Shown piece by piece: positions 9,809 to 19,748 of a stretch of DNA of 64,000 nucleotides. The position numbers and the translations under genes are program-made. The DNA lies in the NCBI GenBank assembly GCA_013812695.1, contig JACCSZ010000248.1:5556-69555 (forward strand), written 5' to 3'. The notes beneath the pieces are model-generated. The model did no database searches and had not been told where the DNA came from. It saw only the letters and a program-made list of their open reading frames with translations. The stretch is from Gemmatimonadales bacterium. GTDB taxonomy: Bacteria > Gemmatimonadota > Gemmatimonadetes > Gemmatimonadales > GWC2-71-9. Every line of letters starts with the position of its first letter. Within the stretch, counting starts at the first letter, position 1.

Positions 9809-11496
9809 CCCGTCCCTTCGCGGAGCGCGCGGCTCACGGCGTTCCGTACCACCAGGTCTTTGTCGTCGGCGGCCGACTGCAATACGGCACGGGCCTCGGC
9901 CGTCCGGATCTTCCCCAACGCGATGGCGGCGCACGCGCGCGTGTCCGACGATTCCTTCATCCGGAGGAGACCGCGCGGAAGCAGGAGGGCGCTCAGCGGC
10001 TTGAGCCCGCTCGTGCCGGCGATCGCCCCGTAGGCCTCGAAGAACGCCATCTTTTCGGTCAGATCCATCCCGGCGACCGACCTGCCGAGCACCACACCTT
10101 CCACCCGCCGCTGCGCGCCCTTGTAGCCTCGGCCCCCGACGACACGCACGGCCGCCAGCCGCACGGCGCGATCCGGATCCTCGAGCGCCTTGTCCACCCA
10201 GCCGAGCGCGGCGGGTGTGGCGAGCTGGGCGAGGGCGTGCACGCTGGCGAGACGAACCGCCGGATCGCGGTGGGTGACGGTCTCACCCAGCCCAGGCACG
10301 GTCTGCACGAGCTGCAGGCGCCCGCACAGCGTCGCCACCGCCGCGAGCGCCTCCGAGTCGGGCGACCGCAGGATGCGCAGGACCTCCGCCGGGTGCGCCT
10401 CGGCCAACCGGTCGGCCACCTCCTCCAGCAGTTGCTTGAGCGTGGGCGAGCCGAGCATCGGGATCCAGGTCAGGATCGGAGCGAGCGCGGTGGCGCGGAG
10501 CTCGCGCAGCACCTCGGCCACCGTCGCTTCACCCGCGAGCGCGGGGGCCTCGTCGATCGACTGGATGAGCTGGCTCACGATGGCGGGCTCGCTCAGCTTG
10601 GCGACGAAGCCGTCGAGCCGTGCGGCGTGCTCGGGCTCGAGCCCGGGCGTCCGTTGCGCGAGCTCCCGGGATTCGCGGAGCACCGCGGCGGCGGTGCGGA
10701 AATCGTGGGCATTGAGAAAATTGGGGAAGAGCGCCTCGAGGATCCCCAGAATTTCGGAGCGGACCGCGGACTCGCCCTGCAGCTCGAACAGATCGAACAA
10801 GGCGTCGAGGGAGGCGTGCCGCACATCGCGCGTGTACTCCTCCGCCACGCTGGCGGCCACCTGATTGATCTCGCGCTCGTCGAGGAAATAGAGCGTCGCG
10901 TCGAAGTCATCGAGGTCGATGAGGCCCTTGGCCCGCGGTGGCGCTTCCTCCTCCGCGGCGGCGCGTCGGATACGCGCCGCGTCCTCGCTGCCGGCGCCAG
11001 CGCCATACGCGCCGGTCTGCTCGGGAACGCCGCCCGTGTCCCCGAGGAACTCCATGAACTCGTACTGGATGAACTCGAATTCCTGCTCCCAGAGCAGCGT
11101 CAGCAGGTCGTCGCCTGCATCGGTGGGAAGGAAGCGGGCCCGGTTGATCGTTTCGAGAAAGCGGGGCAGCTCCTCGATCTCCGCGCCTTGCCGAATGGTG
11201 AGCGAGCGCATCCCGTCCTTGAACAGCCCCCACGCCACGCTCTCGTTCTTGTTCGGCTGATGGTAGACCACCTGGTCTTCCCAGACGAAATCGGTCTCGG
11301 CCACGGTGAGGACCAGCTCGCCGAGCACCGCATAGATCGGCTGGAAGGCGACGCGGAGGTTGTCGCTGGCGCGCTGGTACACGGGATTGTTCGGCAGGTA
11401 CATGTGATAGGCGCGCAGCGCCTTGACCAGGCCGGTGACCAGCTCGGCGACCTGAGACGCGGGGAGGATGTCCGTGGGCACGGAGCCGCTCGTCAC
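9805..11496 (-). CDS. HEAT-repeat protein, unknown function
   Basis: The GTG at 11496 forms a GTGA overlap with the trpB stop (11493). The rest of ORF 9805..12312 upstream is an Arg-rich shadow over trpB. The C-terminal part has HEAT-like repeats ([57 protein letters not shown]). Confidence 0.7.
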   Translation of the reverse strand: MTSGSVPTDILPASQVAELVTGLVKALRAYHMYLPNNPVYQRASDNLRVAFQPIYAVLGELVLTVAETDFVWEDQVVYHQPNKNESVAWGLFKDGMRSLTIRQGAEIEELPRFLETINRARFLPTDAGDDLLTLLWEQEFEFIQYEFMEFLGDTGGVPEQTGAYGAGAGSEDAARIRRAAAEEEAPPRAKGLIDLDDFDATLYFLDEREINQVAASVAEEYTRDVRHASLDALFDLFELQGESAVRSEILGILEALFPNFLNAHDFRTAAAVLRESRELAQRTPGLEPEHAARLDGFVAKLSEPAIVSQLIQSIDEAPALAGEATVAEVLRELRATALAPILTWIPMLGSPTLKQLLEEVADRLAEAHPAEVLRILRSPDSEALAAVATLCGRLQLVQTVPGLGETVTHRDPAVRLASVHALAQLATPAALGWVDKALEDPDRAVRLAAVRVVGGRGYKGAQRRVEGVVLGRSVAGMDLTEKMAFFEAYGAIAGTSGLKPLSALLLPRGLLRMKESSDTRACAAIALGKIRTAEARAVLQSAADDKDLVVRNAVSRALREGTG

Positions 11497-12695
11497 ACGG
11501 GGGCCCCGAGCAACTCGGCCACGTGGGCGACGTCCTTGTCGCCGCGCCCGCTGAGACAGACGAGCACGAGCGCACCCATGGGCCAGCGCCCCGCCATCCG
11601 GCGGACGTAGGCGAACGCGTGGGCGGTCTCGAGCGCCGGAATGATGCCCTCGAGCCGGCAGACCGCCTGAAACGCGTCGAGCGCTTCGGCGTCGGTGGCC
11701 GACTCGTACGCCACCCGCCCCGAGTCGCGCAGGTAGCTGTGCTCCGGTCCGACGCCCGGGTAGTCCAAGCCGGCCGACACGGAGTGCGCGGGGGTCACCT
11801 GTCCGTCGGCGTCCTGCAGCAGGTAGCTCAAGCTTCCGTGCAGCACGCCGGGCGCGCCCGCGCTCAGCGTCGCGCTGTGCTGCCCGCTCGCGATGCCCTT
11901 GCCGGCCGCTTCGATGCCCACCAGCCGCACCCCGGCATCGTCGAGAAATCCGGCGAAGATGCCCAGGGCGTTCGAGCCGCCGCCCACGCACGCCACCACC
12001 GAGTGCGGGAGCCGGTGGTAGCGCGACAGCATCTGGGCGCGGGCCTCGCGGCCGATCACGGACTGGAAGTCGCGCACCATGCGCGGGAACGGGTCCGGAC
12101 CCACCACCGACCCGATGATGTAATGCGTCGTGGGGATGTTGGTGACCCAGTCGCGGAGCGCTTCGTTGGTCGCGTCCTTGAGGGTGCGGGTGCCCGATTG
12201 GACGGGGACGACCGTGGCGCCGAGCAGCTCCATGCGGTACACGTTGAGGCGCTGGCGGGCCATGTCTTCGGCGCCCATGTAGACCACGCACTCGAACCCG
12301 AACCGCGCGCACACCGTGGCGGTCGCCACGCCGTGCTGACCCGCGCCGGTCTCCGCGATGATGCGGCGCTTGCCCATCCGGAGCGCCAGCAACGCCTGCC
12401 CGATGGTGTTGTTGATCTTGTGCGCGCCGGTGTGATTCAGGTCTTCGCGCTTGAGCACCACGGTGGCGGCGGTCTCGGCACTGAGCCGGGGTGCTTCGGT
12501 GAGCGGGGACGGCCGGCCGACGAACTCGGCGAGCAGCGCCTCGAACTCCGCCCAGAACGCTGGATCGGCGCGCGCGGCGTCGTACAACGCCGTGAGGTCG
12601 TCGAGCGCGGCGACGAGGGTTTCAGGAACGTAGCGGCCGCCGTAGGGGCCGAACCGTCCCCCTACGGCGCGTTCAGCTGCCAATACTGTGGCCAA
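11493..12695 (-). CDS. trpB: tryptophan synthase beta chain
   Basis: [13 protein letters not shown]...[16 protein letters not shown]...[12 protein letters not shown]...GGGSNALG. Confidence 0.95.
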   Translation of the reverse strand: MATVLAAERAVGGRFGPYGGRYVPETLVAALDDLTALYDAARADPAFWAEFEALLAEFVGRPSPLTEAPRLSAETAATVVLKREDLNHTGAHKINNTIGQALLALRMGKRRIIAETGAGQHGVATATVCARFGFECVVYMGAEDMARQRLNVYRMELLGATVVPVQSGTRTLKDATNEALRDWVTNIPTTHYIIGSVVGPDPFPRMVRDFQSVIGREARAQMLSRYHRLPHSVVACVGGGSNALGIFAGFLDDAGVRLVGIEAAGKGIASGQHSATLSAGAPGVLHGSLSYLLQDADGQVTPAHSVSAGLDYPGVGPEHSYLRDSGRVAYESATDAEALDAFQAVCRLEGIIPALETAHAFAYVRRMAGRWPMGALVLVCLSGRGDKDVAHVAELLGAPV

Positions 12696-13332
12696 GCACC
12701 GCCTCCAGAAATCGTGCGATCTTGTCAGGGTCCTTGATGCCGGGAAGGCGCTCCACTCCTGAACTTACATCCACCACCTCGGGTCGAACGAGGGCCACCG
12801 CCGCGCCGACGTTATCCGGGGTGAGTCCGCCGGCCAGCACCATGGTGGCACCCGCGAGCCGCCCGCGAGCCTCGCGAGCCACGGCGAGGTCGAGCGAAAC
12901 GCCGGTGCCCCCGGCCGCATGCTCGACCAGGGGCTCGACCAGCACCGCGTCGGCATCCCGCACCGACTCGCTCAGGGCATCGAGATCTTCAGGCGCGGCG
13001 ATCCGAACGACCCGCCAGACCACCAGCCCCTCCGCCCGGAGCCGTGCGGCGTCCTGCCGCCGGTAGGGCCCGTGAAGCTGCGCTCCCGCGAGCCGGGCGG
13101 CGCGAGATATCCGCAGGATGTCGTCGACCGATTGGTCGCCGTACACGCCGAAGACGGGAACGCCGTCGGCTGCCGCGCTGATTTCTCCCGCCGTTTCGGT
13201 GGTCGTTCGTCTGGGTCCTCCAGCAAAAACGACGCCCAGGAAGGCCGCCCCCGCCTCGGCGGCGGCCGCTCCGTCGCCCGGCCGGGTGAGCCCGCAGATC
13301 TTGACCCGGAATCGGTTGCCGTTACCGGCCAT
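12673..13332 (-). CDS. trpF: phosphoribosylanthranilate isomerase
   Basis: [12 protein letters not shown]...[13 protein letters not shown]...QLHG...[10 protein letters not shown]. Confidence 0.85.
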   Translation of the reverse strand: MAGNGNRFRVKICGLTRPGDGAAAAEAGAAFLGVVFAGGPRRTTTETAGEISAAADGVPVFGVYGDQSVDDILRISRAARLAGAQLHGPYRRQDAARLRAEGLVVWRVVRIAAPEDLDALSESVRDADAVLVEPLVEHAAGGTGVSLDLAVAREARGRLAGATMVLAGGLTPDNVGAAVALVRPEVVDVSSGVERLPGIKDPDKIARFLEAVLGHSIGS

Positions 13333-14110
13333 GGCGGGGTATCCGGCTCAGGCGCGTGAGCAGTTCGTCCGGGTCGGCGGCGGCGGAGAGCGCGGTGCCG
13401 ATGAGCACGGCATCCGCGCCGGCCTCGGCGGCTGCCTCGACGTCGACCTCGCTCGACATGCCGCTCTCGGCGACGGCCAGGCACGCGGGGGGGATCGCGC
13501 GGAGAATGCGCCACGCCCCCGCGGTGTCGATGCGGAACGTATCCAGATCGCGACTGTTGACGCCCACGATCGTCGCCCCGACGTTGAGAGCCTGGGCGGC
13601 TTCCTCGAGGGTGTGCACTTCCACGAGCGCATCCAGCCCGGTCTGGCGGGCCGCGGTGAGCAGGTGGCTCAGTCGGGGCTCGGCGAGGGCTCGCACGATC
13701 AACAGGACCGCCGCCGCGCCGGCAGCGCGCGCTTCCACGATCTGCAGCTCGTCGAGGATGAAGTCCTTCCGAAGCACCGGCACACTGGCGCGGCTGGCGG
13801 CGGCGCGAAGGTCGTTCACCGACCCGCCGAAATATGGGCCGTCGGTCAGCACTGAAACAGCGGCGGCGCCGTGGCGCGCGTAGCGCTCGGCGCGTTCGGC
13901 CGGATCGAGATCTTCGCGGATGGGGCCCGCGGATGGCGACCGTCGCTTGACCTCCGCGATTACCGCGACTGTCCCACGCCGCAGCGCCGCCGCGAACGAG
14001 GGCGGCCCGGCCGCGTCCGCCGCCGCCCGCTCCACGGCCGCACGCCGCGCCAGCAGGCTGGGCAAAGCGCCACGAGTGGAGGCGAGAATCTGGTCGAGGG
14101 TGACGGGCAT
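13322..14110 (-). CDS. trpC: indole-3-glycerol-phosphate synthase
   Basis: Internal ATG (aa 30 of ORF 13322..14197): MPVTLDQILASTR...VIAEVKRRSPSAG...AVSVLTDGPYFGGS...VLRKDFI...VGVNSRDL. Confidence 0.9.
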   Translation of the reverse strand: MPVTLDQILASTRGALPSLLARRAAVERAAADAAGPPSFAAALRRGTVAVIAEVKRRSPSAGPIREDLDPAERAERYARHGAAAVSVLTDGPYFGGSVNDLRAAASRASVPVLRKDFILDELQIVEARAAGAAAVLLIVRALAEPRLSHLLTAARQTGLDALVEVHTLEEAAQALNVGATIVGVNSRDLDTFRIDTAGAWRILRAIPPACLAVAESGMSSEVDVEAAAEAGADAVLIGTALSAAADPDELLTRLSRIPRHGR

Positions 14111-14111
14111 C

Positions 14112-14140
14112 TTGTCCTTCGGCCGGTCTTCGGGTATAGT
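14112..14140 (+). promoter_or_regulatory. candidate sigma-70-type promoter of lexA (TTGTCC - 17 nt - TATAGT)
   Basis: TTGTCC at 14112..14117 and TATAGT at 14135..14140, with a 17-nt spacer. It lies in the 73-nt gap between divergent trpC and lexA. The assignment rests on sequence pattern only. Confidence 0.35.
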
Positions 14141-14183
14141 AGTTCGGGCTCTATTCGGTCGTCTCGTGGACGAGGAGAAACCT

Positions 14184-14792
14184 GTGCCCCTGACCAAGCG
14201 CCAGAGCGAAATTCTCGCCTTCCTGCACCATCACATTCAGGACCAGGGTTATGCGCCGAGCTTCGAGGAAATCGCCGAGCGGTTCGGGTTCCAGTCGCTC
14301 GCCACGGTGCACGAGCACCTGACCAATCTCGAGCGCAAGGGATACATCCGCCGGTCATACAACGAGAGCCGATCCATCGAGGTCCTTCCGCCCCGTGGCA
14401 CCTCCGCGGCCAGCGAAATCCCGCTGCTAGGCAAGGTGGCGGCGGGTACGCCGATCGAATCGCTCATGCACCAGGAGACGATCGCGGTGCCCGATCAGAT
14501 GCTCCCGCGCCGTGGTCCCAACTACGCGTTGCGGGTGCAAGGCACTTCGATGGTCGACGAGCACATCATGGATGGCGACGTCGTCGTGGTCCACGGCAAG
14601 CAGACCGCCGAGAACGGCGAGATGGTCATCGCCCTGGTCAACGGGAGCGAGGCCACGGTCAAGAAATTCTACCGCGAGGCCGGCGGCTGGATCCGACTGC
14701 AACCCGCGAATGCCACCATGCAGCCCATGCGGTTCCAGGAACGGGATGTCCTGATTCAGGGTGTGGTGGTCGGGGTCATCCGTAAGTACTGA
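14184..14792 (+). CDS. lexA: LexA repressor
   Basis: GTG at 14184 is preceded by GAGGAG. VPLTKRQSEILAFLHHHIQDQGYAPSFEEIAERFGF...LERKGYI is the wHTH. VQGTSMVDEHIMDGDVVVV...ATVKKFY is the Ser-Lys S24 peptidase domain. Confidence 0.9.
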   Translation: MPLTKRQSEILAFLHHHIQDQGYAPSFEEIAERFGFQSLATVHEHLTNLERKGYIRRSYNESRSIEVLPPRGTSAASEIPLLGKVAAGTPIESLMHQETIAVPDQMLPRRGPNYALRVQGTSMVDEHIMDGDVVVVHGKQTAENGEMVIALVNGSEATVKKFYREAGGWIRLQPANATMQPMRFQERDVLIQGVVVGVIRKY

Positions 14793-14806
14793 TCGGCCCC
14801 GCCCGT

Positions 14807-14900
14807 CATCCTGAGCGGAGCGAAGGATCGTCCAATGCGTGCGGCTGAGCCTATGGGCTCACGGCCACCGCGCCCCCGATCCTTCGCTCCGCTCAGGATG
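14807..14900. repeat. perfect 24-bp inverted repeat (CATCCTGAGCGGAGCGAAGGATCG / CGATCCTTCGCTCCGCTCAGGATG) with a 46-nt spacer
   Basis: Arms at 14807..14830 and 14877..14900 are exact reverse complements, read directly. They lie between convergent lexA (stop 14792) and trpD (stop 14859). The translations ILSGAKDR and SFAPLRMT appear in shadow ORFs. Confidence 0.85.
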
Positions 14901-15941
14901 CCGGACCCGAGGCCCCCCAGCCGCCGCCCGCAGCCTCCCCAGCACTTCCGCGCCCGCCCCGCGCTCCAGCGCTTCCCGCGCCCGGGCCATGCACTCCTCG
15001 AGCGTCCACTCGTTCCCTGACACGTAGAGCGCCGCCGCCGCGTTGAGCAGGACCGCGCAGCGCTCGACGGTGCTTCCCTTCCCTTCCAACAGGCGCTCGA
15101 TCCGAGCCGCGTTCTCCCCCGGGTCACCACCCGCCAGCGCGTCGAGGTCCTCACACTCGAGACCGTGCCGTGCCGGCGCTATCGTCCATTGGTTCACCTC
15201 CGCCTCTCGCACCTCCCACACGCGCGTCGTGCCGGCGGGGCTCACCTCGTCCATGCCGATGGTCGCGTGCACGACCAGCGCGTGCGCCGCGCCGAGCCGC
15301 GCGAGGGCGCCGGCCATCAGTGGCGCGCGATCCTCGCTCGAGACGCCGATCACCTGGCGCTGCACGCCCGCCGGGTTCGCGAGCGGTCCGAGCAGGTTCA
15401 TGATCGTGGCGACGCCGAGCTCCTTCCGCACTGGCGCGACGTGGCGCATGGCGGGGTGGTAGGTCGGCGCGAACAGGAACACCAGGCCGACGTCCCGCAG
15501 CACGGTGAGGGCACGCGCGGGCGGCACATCGATATCGACACCCAGCGCCTCGAGCACGTCCGCAGATCCGCATCGCGAGGTGTAACTCCGGTTCCCGTGC
15601 TTCGCCACGGGCACGCCAGCTCCCGCCACGACGAACGCCGCCGCGGTCGAGATGTTGAGCGTGCCGATCCGGCCGCCGCCCGTGCCGCACGTATCGACCA
15701 CGCCGTCGGCGGTCCCGAGGTCCAGCCGGAGCATCGCGCACCGAAGCGCGCTCGCCGCGCCCGCGACCTCGTCCGCGCTCTCCCCCTTGGCGCGGAGCCC
15801 CATCAGCAGCGCGGCCATCTGCACCGGCGTGGCCTCGCCGCGCATGAGGACGCCGAACGCACCCGCCGCCGCCGATTGGTCGAGCGAGCCGCCTGACGCG
15901 AGCTGCTGAATAGCATGCCGAAGCGGGAGACTTTCGCTCAC
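14859..15941 (-). CDS. trpD: anthranilate phosphoribosyltransferase
   Basis: GTG start. DTCGTGGGRIGTLNISTAAAFVVAGAGVPVAKHGNRSYTSRCGSADVLEALG. The last ~14 aa (HPERSEGSGARWP) are encoded by the right arm of the inverted repeat. Confidence 0.9.
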   Translation of the reverse strand: MSESLPLRHAIQQLASGGSLDQSAAAGAFGVLMRGEATPVQMAALLMGLRAKGESADEVAGAASALRCAMLRLDLGTADGVVDTCGTGGGRIGTLNISTAAAFVVAGAGVPVAKHGNRSYTSRCGSADVLEALGVDIDVPPARALTVLRDVGLVFLFAPTYHPAMRHVAPVRKELGVATIMNLLGPLANPAGVQRQVIGVSSEDRAPLMAGALARLGAAHALVVHATIGMDEVSPAGTTRVWEVREAEVNQWTIAPARHGLECEDLDALAGGDPGENAARIERLLEGKGSTVERCAVLLNAAAALYVSGNEWTLEECMARAREALERGAGAEVLGRLRAAAGGPRVRHPERSEGSGARWP

Positions 15942-16079
15942 GTGCGGTCGGGGTTGGGCGTCGTCGAAATGGCGCGGAAGGCGTGGCCAACAGTATTCTC
16001 ACGAGGGCGCTTTTGTCAATGTGGCACAAGCAGTTGCGTGGCTTGCTCGGGGGGTCCTGGTGCGCTACATTTTCCGAGG

Positions 16080-16904
16080 ATGAGCCGGACTTTTCTCGCC
16101 ACGCTGCACTTCGACGGTACCGGGTTTGTCGGGTGGCAGCGCCAACCGGCCAGCCGATCGGTGCAACTCGAATTCGAGCGCGTGCTCGAACGCCTGTTCG
16201 GACAGCGTGCGCCCGCGCTTGCGGCCGGCCGCACCGATGCCGGGGTGCACGCGCTCGGGCTCGGCGTCAGCTTCTCCGCACCTGCGGCGTGGGACGGCGT
16301 TGCCCTCCGCCGCGCGCTCAACGCTTTGCTCCCCCCCGACTGCTGGACCGAGCGCGTCGTTCCCATGCGAACCGGCTTTCATGCCCGGAAGTGCGCGCGG
16401 TCGCGCCGCTACCGCTACGACATCGGCACCGACGCCGCCGCGAGCTCGCCGTTTCGCCGGCCCTTCGAGTGGGCCCTGGGCCGGCCGCTCGACTTCGGAG
16501 CCCTCCGCGCGGCGGCAACGCTGCTCCACGGCGAGCACGATTTCAGAGCCTATGCGGTCAAAGGCCAACCCAAACCCCACTACCGATGCCGGGTCGCCTC
16601 GGCCGAGTGGCTCGACCGGCCGGCCGGGCACGGCGTGAGCTTCCAGGTCGAGGCGGACCGGTTTCTTCACCACATGGTCCGCATGCTCGTTGGCACCATG
16701 GTAGACGTCGGGCTGGGCCGCCGGCCGCTGTCCGACATCGAGATGCTGCTCGAGCATCGTGACAACCAGGGCACCAGCCCGCCGGCGCCGCCGCAGGGCC
16801 TCTATTTCGTGTCGGCCACCTACCCCTCCGAGTACTTCCTGACGGACGCCGGCACCGGCGAACTGGTGGTCGAGGCGCTGGACACGGCCGCTCGGGATGC
16901 GTAA
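16080..16904 (+). CDS. truA: tRNA pseudouridine(38-40) synthase
   Basis: Internal ATG (aa 56 of ORF 15915..16904): MSRTFLATLHFDGTGFVGWQRQP...AGRTDAGVHA...FLHHMVRMLVGT. Confidence 0.85.
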   Translation: MSRTFLATLHFDGTGFVGWQRQPASRSVQLEFERVLERLFGQRAPALAAGRTDAGVHALGLGVSFSAPAAWDGVALRRALNALLPPDCWTERVVPMRTGFHARKCARSRRYRYDIGTDAAASSPFRRPFEWALGRPLDFGALRAAATLLHGEHDFRAYAVKGQPKPHYRCRVASAEWLDRPAGHGVSFQVEADRFLHHMVRMLVGTMVDVGLGRRPLSDIEMLLEHRDNQGTSPPAPPQGLYFVSATYPSEYFLTDAGTGELVVEALDTAARDA

Positions 16905-18312
16905 GCGCGCGGTCGTCCTCACGCTGTTTGCGGTTGCCTGCGGCGAGGGGCACCCCGGCACCGCGCGCCCTGGCAGTGCCGGCCTGGTCTCCAGCTCCGC
17001 CGCGCAAGTGGCGGTTCGTGCGGCCGACGCGCAGGTGGCCGCCTCGCGGCGTACCGCGCTCGTATCGGCGGTGGAGCGCGCCTCGGGCGCGGTGGTGTCG
17101 ATCAACGTCACCTCCACCCGCCAGCTGCCGGCACGCTCGCCTTGGGATTTCTTCTTCGTGCCCGACGGCGCCCGCGTGGTCCAGGGCTACGGTACGGGCT
17201 TTGTCGTCCGCCCCAACGGGGTGATCGTCACGAATCAGCACGTGGTGGCCAACGCCACCAAGGTCGTGGTGACGCTGCCGGACGGCACCGATCTTCCCGC
17301 CCGGGTGCTCGGCGAAGATCCGCTGACCGACATCGCGGTGCTGCGGGTGGATCGCCAGGGGCTCCGCGCGGTGGCGGCCGGTCGCAGCACCGATCTCATG
17401 ATCGGAGAGTGGGTCGTGGCGCTGGGCAATCCGTACGCCTATCTCCTCGGGAACGCGGAACCGACCGTCACGGTCGGCGTGGTCAGCGCGATCTCGCGGA
17501 ACATCCTGCCGACGGGCGAGCAGACCGGCCTGTACCTCGACATGATCCAGACCGATGCCGCCATCAATCCGGGCAACTCCGGCGGCCCGCTCACCAACGC
17601 CGCGGGCGAAGTGATCGGCGTCAACTCGTCGATCTTCAGCAACAGCGGCGGCTCGGTCGGGCTGGGCTTCGCGATCCCCATCGAGCGCGCGCTTCGCGTG
17701 GCCGACGAGATCATCCGGAGCGGCTCGGTGCGGCGGGCCTGGGTGGGCCTGGACGTCGAAGGCGCGGCGGCGATGCGGAACTGGAAGAGCCAGGGGGGTG
17801 TGGTGGTCGCGTCGGTCACGCCGGATGGCCCGGCGGCGCGCGCGGCGCTGCGGGCAGGCGACGTCCTCGTCGAGGCGAACGGCCGCCGGCTTCGCAACTA
17901 CCTCGATTGGGAGGCGGTCAAACTCGATCTCCACGTGGGCGACAGCGTCGGCCTCAGCGTCCGGAGCGGCGGTGGGACGGCACGCCGCCGCATCGTGACC
18001 GGCGACCTTCCGACCGTGACTGCCGAGAAGGTGACGGTCCTCCGCGACCTGCAACTCATCAACGTGTCGCCGCAGGTGCAGGCCGAGCGCGGCATTCGAA
18101 GCGAGCGCGGCGCGCTCATCTTCAAGATCTCCTCCGAGGTCAGCCGCGCCACGGGTCTCCGCGAGGGCGATGTCATCGTCGGGGTCAACCGGAGCGCGGT
18201 ACGTGGCGCCTCCCAGGTCGAGGGCCTGTTGAACGTGCGCTCGGGTGAAGTCATCCGGGTCTACGTCGAGCGCGACGGCCAGATCACCTTTACGGACCTG
18301 GTCTTTCGATGA
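16897..18312 (+). CDS. HtrA/DegP-family serine protease with two PDZ domains (lipoprotein signal)
   Basis: Lipobox LFAVAC. Catalytic triad context TNQHVV / DIAVL / GNSGGPL. Two PDZ-like segments follow at the C terminus. Confidence 0.85.
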   Translation: MRKRAVVLTLFAVACGEGHPGTARPGSAGLVSSSAAQVAVRAADAQVAASRRTALVSAVERASGAVVSINVTSTRQLPARSPWDFFFVPDGARVVQGYGTGFVVRPNGVIVTNQHVVANATKVVVTLPDGTDLPARVLGEDPLTDIAVLRVDRQGLRAVAAGRSTDLMIGEWVVALGNPYAYLLGNAEPTVTVGVVSAISRNILPTGEQTGLYLDMIQTDAAINPGNSGGPLTNAAGEVIGVNSSIFSNSGGSVGLGFAIPIERALRVADEIIRSGSVRRAWVGLDVEGAAAMRNWKSQGGVVVASVTPDGPAARAALRAGDVLVEANGRRLRNYLDWEAVKLDLHVGDSVGLSVRSGGGTARRRIVTGDLPTVTAEKVTVLRDLQLINVSPQVQAERGIRSERGALIFKISSEVSRATGLREGDVIVGVNRSAVRGASQVEGLLNVRSGEVIRVYVERDGQITFTDLVFR

Positions 18313-19748
18313 CCGACGAGCGCTGGCGCTCGCCGCTCGGCACCCGGTACGCCTCGCCCGCGATGCAGATGCTCTGGGGCGAGCCCCATCGCATCGGGCT
18401 GTGGCGCCGCCTGTGGCTCGCGCTCGCCGAGGCCGAGCGCGAGCTGGGCGTCTCCATTCCCGAGGAGGCGCTCGCCGAAATGCGCGCGCACCTCGATGAC
18501 GTGGATCTCGGCCTGGCCGGCCGGTACGAACGGCGGTTCCGGCATGACGTCATGGCACATATCCACGCGTTCGGCGACCAGGCTCCCGCCGCGCGGCCGT
18601 ACCTGCACCTGGGGGCGACGAGCGCGTTCGTCACCGACAACGCCGATCTGATCGTGATGCGCGAGGGTCTCCAGCTGCTGCTGGGCCGGGTCATCGCGGT
18701 CCTGCAGGCGCTCGAGGGCTTCGCGCGCCGCACCGCCACGATTCCGTGTCTCGCCTATACGCATTTTCAGCCGGCGCAGCTCACGACGGTCGGCAAGCGC
18801 GCCACGCTCTGGATGCAGGACTTCGCGCTCGACGTCGAGGAGATCTCGCATCGGCTGGAGACGCTCCGGTTCCGAGGATGCCAAGGCACCACCGGCACGC
18901 AGGCGTCGTTCCTCGAGCTGTTCGGCGGCGATCACGCGCGAGTGCGCGAGCTCGAGCGGCGGGTCACCGCCAAGGTCGGCTTTCAGGAGCAGTTCGCCGT
19001 CACGGGACAGACCTACGCGCGGAAGACCGACAGCATGGTGCTCGACGCGCTGAGCGGGATCGCGCAGTCGGCGGCCAAGCTGTCGGGCGATCTTCGGCTC
19101 CTGCAGCACGAGGGCGAGCTGCTCGAGCCGTTCGAGTCCGAGCAGATCGGCTCGAGCGCGATGGCCTACAAGCGCAACCCGATGCGCGCCGAGCGCATCG
19201 CGGGGCTCGCGCGCTTCGTGATCTCCCTGCAGGCCAACGGCGCGCATACGGCGGCGAGCCAATGGCTCGAGCGCACCCTCGACGACAGCGCCAACCGCCG
19301 CCTCACGCTGCCCGAGGCCTTCCTCGGCACCGACGCCATCCTCGTGCTCGCCACCAACATCGCGGCGGGGCTGGAAACGCGTGAGGACGTGATCCGCCGC
19401 CACGTCGCCGAGCAGATGCCGTTCATGGCCACGGAGCGCTGGCTGATGCTCGGTGTGGCCGCCGGTGGGGACCGGCAGACGCTGCACGAGGTAGTCCGCC
19501 GGCACAGCCTGGCGGTGGCGGACCTGATCAGCCGCGGGTCCGCCAACGACCTGCTCGACCGCCTCTCGGCCGACGCGGCGTTCGCGGCGGTCCCGGCCGC
19601 GGCCCTCCGCGCCGAGCTCGACCCCGCGCGTTACACCGGCCGCGCGCCCGAGCAGGTAAGCGAGTTCCTCGAGGAATATCTCCACCCGCTGCTCGAGCGC
19701 GCCCGGCCACTCGCGGCCGAAGCCGGCGGCGCGGAGGTGCGCGTATGA
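18309..19748 (+). CDS. purB: adenylosuccinate lyase
   Basis: [11 protein letters not shown]...[10 protein letters not shown]...[21 protein letters not shown] overlap with the htrA stop. Confidence 0.95.
   Translation: MTDERWRSPLGTRYASPAMQMLWGEPHRIGLWRRLWLALAEAERELGVSIPEEALAEMRAHLDDVDLGLAGRYERRFRHDVMAHIHAFGDQAPAARPYLHLGATSAFVTDNADLIVMREGLQLLLGRVIAVLQALEGFARRTATIPCLAYTHFQPAQLTTVGKRATLWMQDFALDVEEISHRLETLRFRGCQGTTGTQASFLELFGGDHARVRELERRVTAKVGFQEQFAVTGQTYARKTDSMVLDALSGIAQSAAKLSGDLRLLQHEGELLEPFESEQIGSSAMAYKRNPMRAERIAGLARFVISLQANGAHTAASQWLERTLDDSANRRLTLPEAFLGTDAILVLATNIAAGLETREDVIRRHVAEQMPFMATERWLMLGVAAGGDRQTLHEVVRRHSLAVADLISRGSANDLLDRLSADAAFAAVPAAALRAELDPARYTGRAPEQVSEFLEEYLHPLLERARPLAAEAGGAEVRV

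Noticed and set aside
11497-12312. N-terminal extensions of longest ORFs running into upstream genes. Examples are 9805..12312 over trpB, 38220..40001 over larB, 39161..40234 over dus, 22616..25831 over purQ, and 26983..29892 over purF.
   Set aside because: The extensions are Arg/Pro-rich nonsense overlapping well-supported genes in another frame. In each case an internal ATG or GTG forming a 1-4 nt overlap with the upstream stop gives a protein of normal length.
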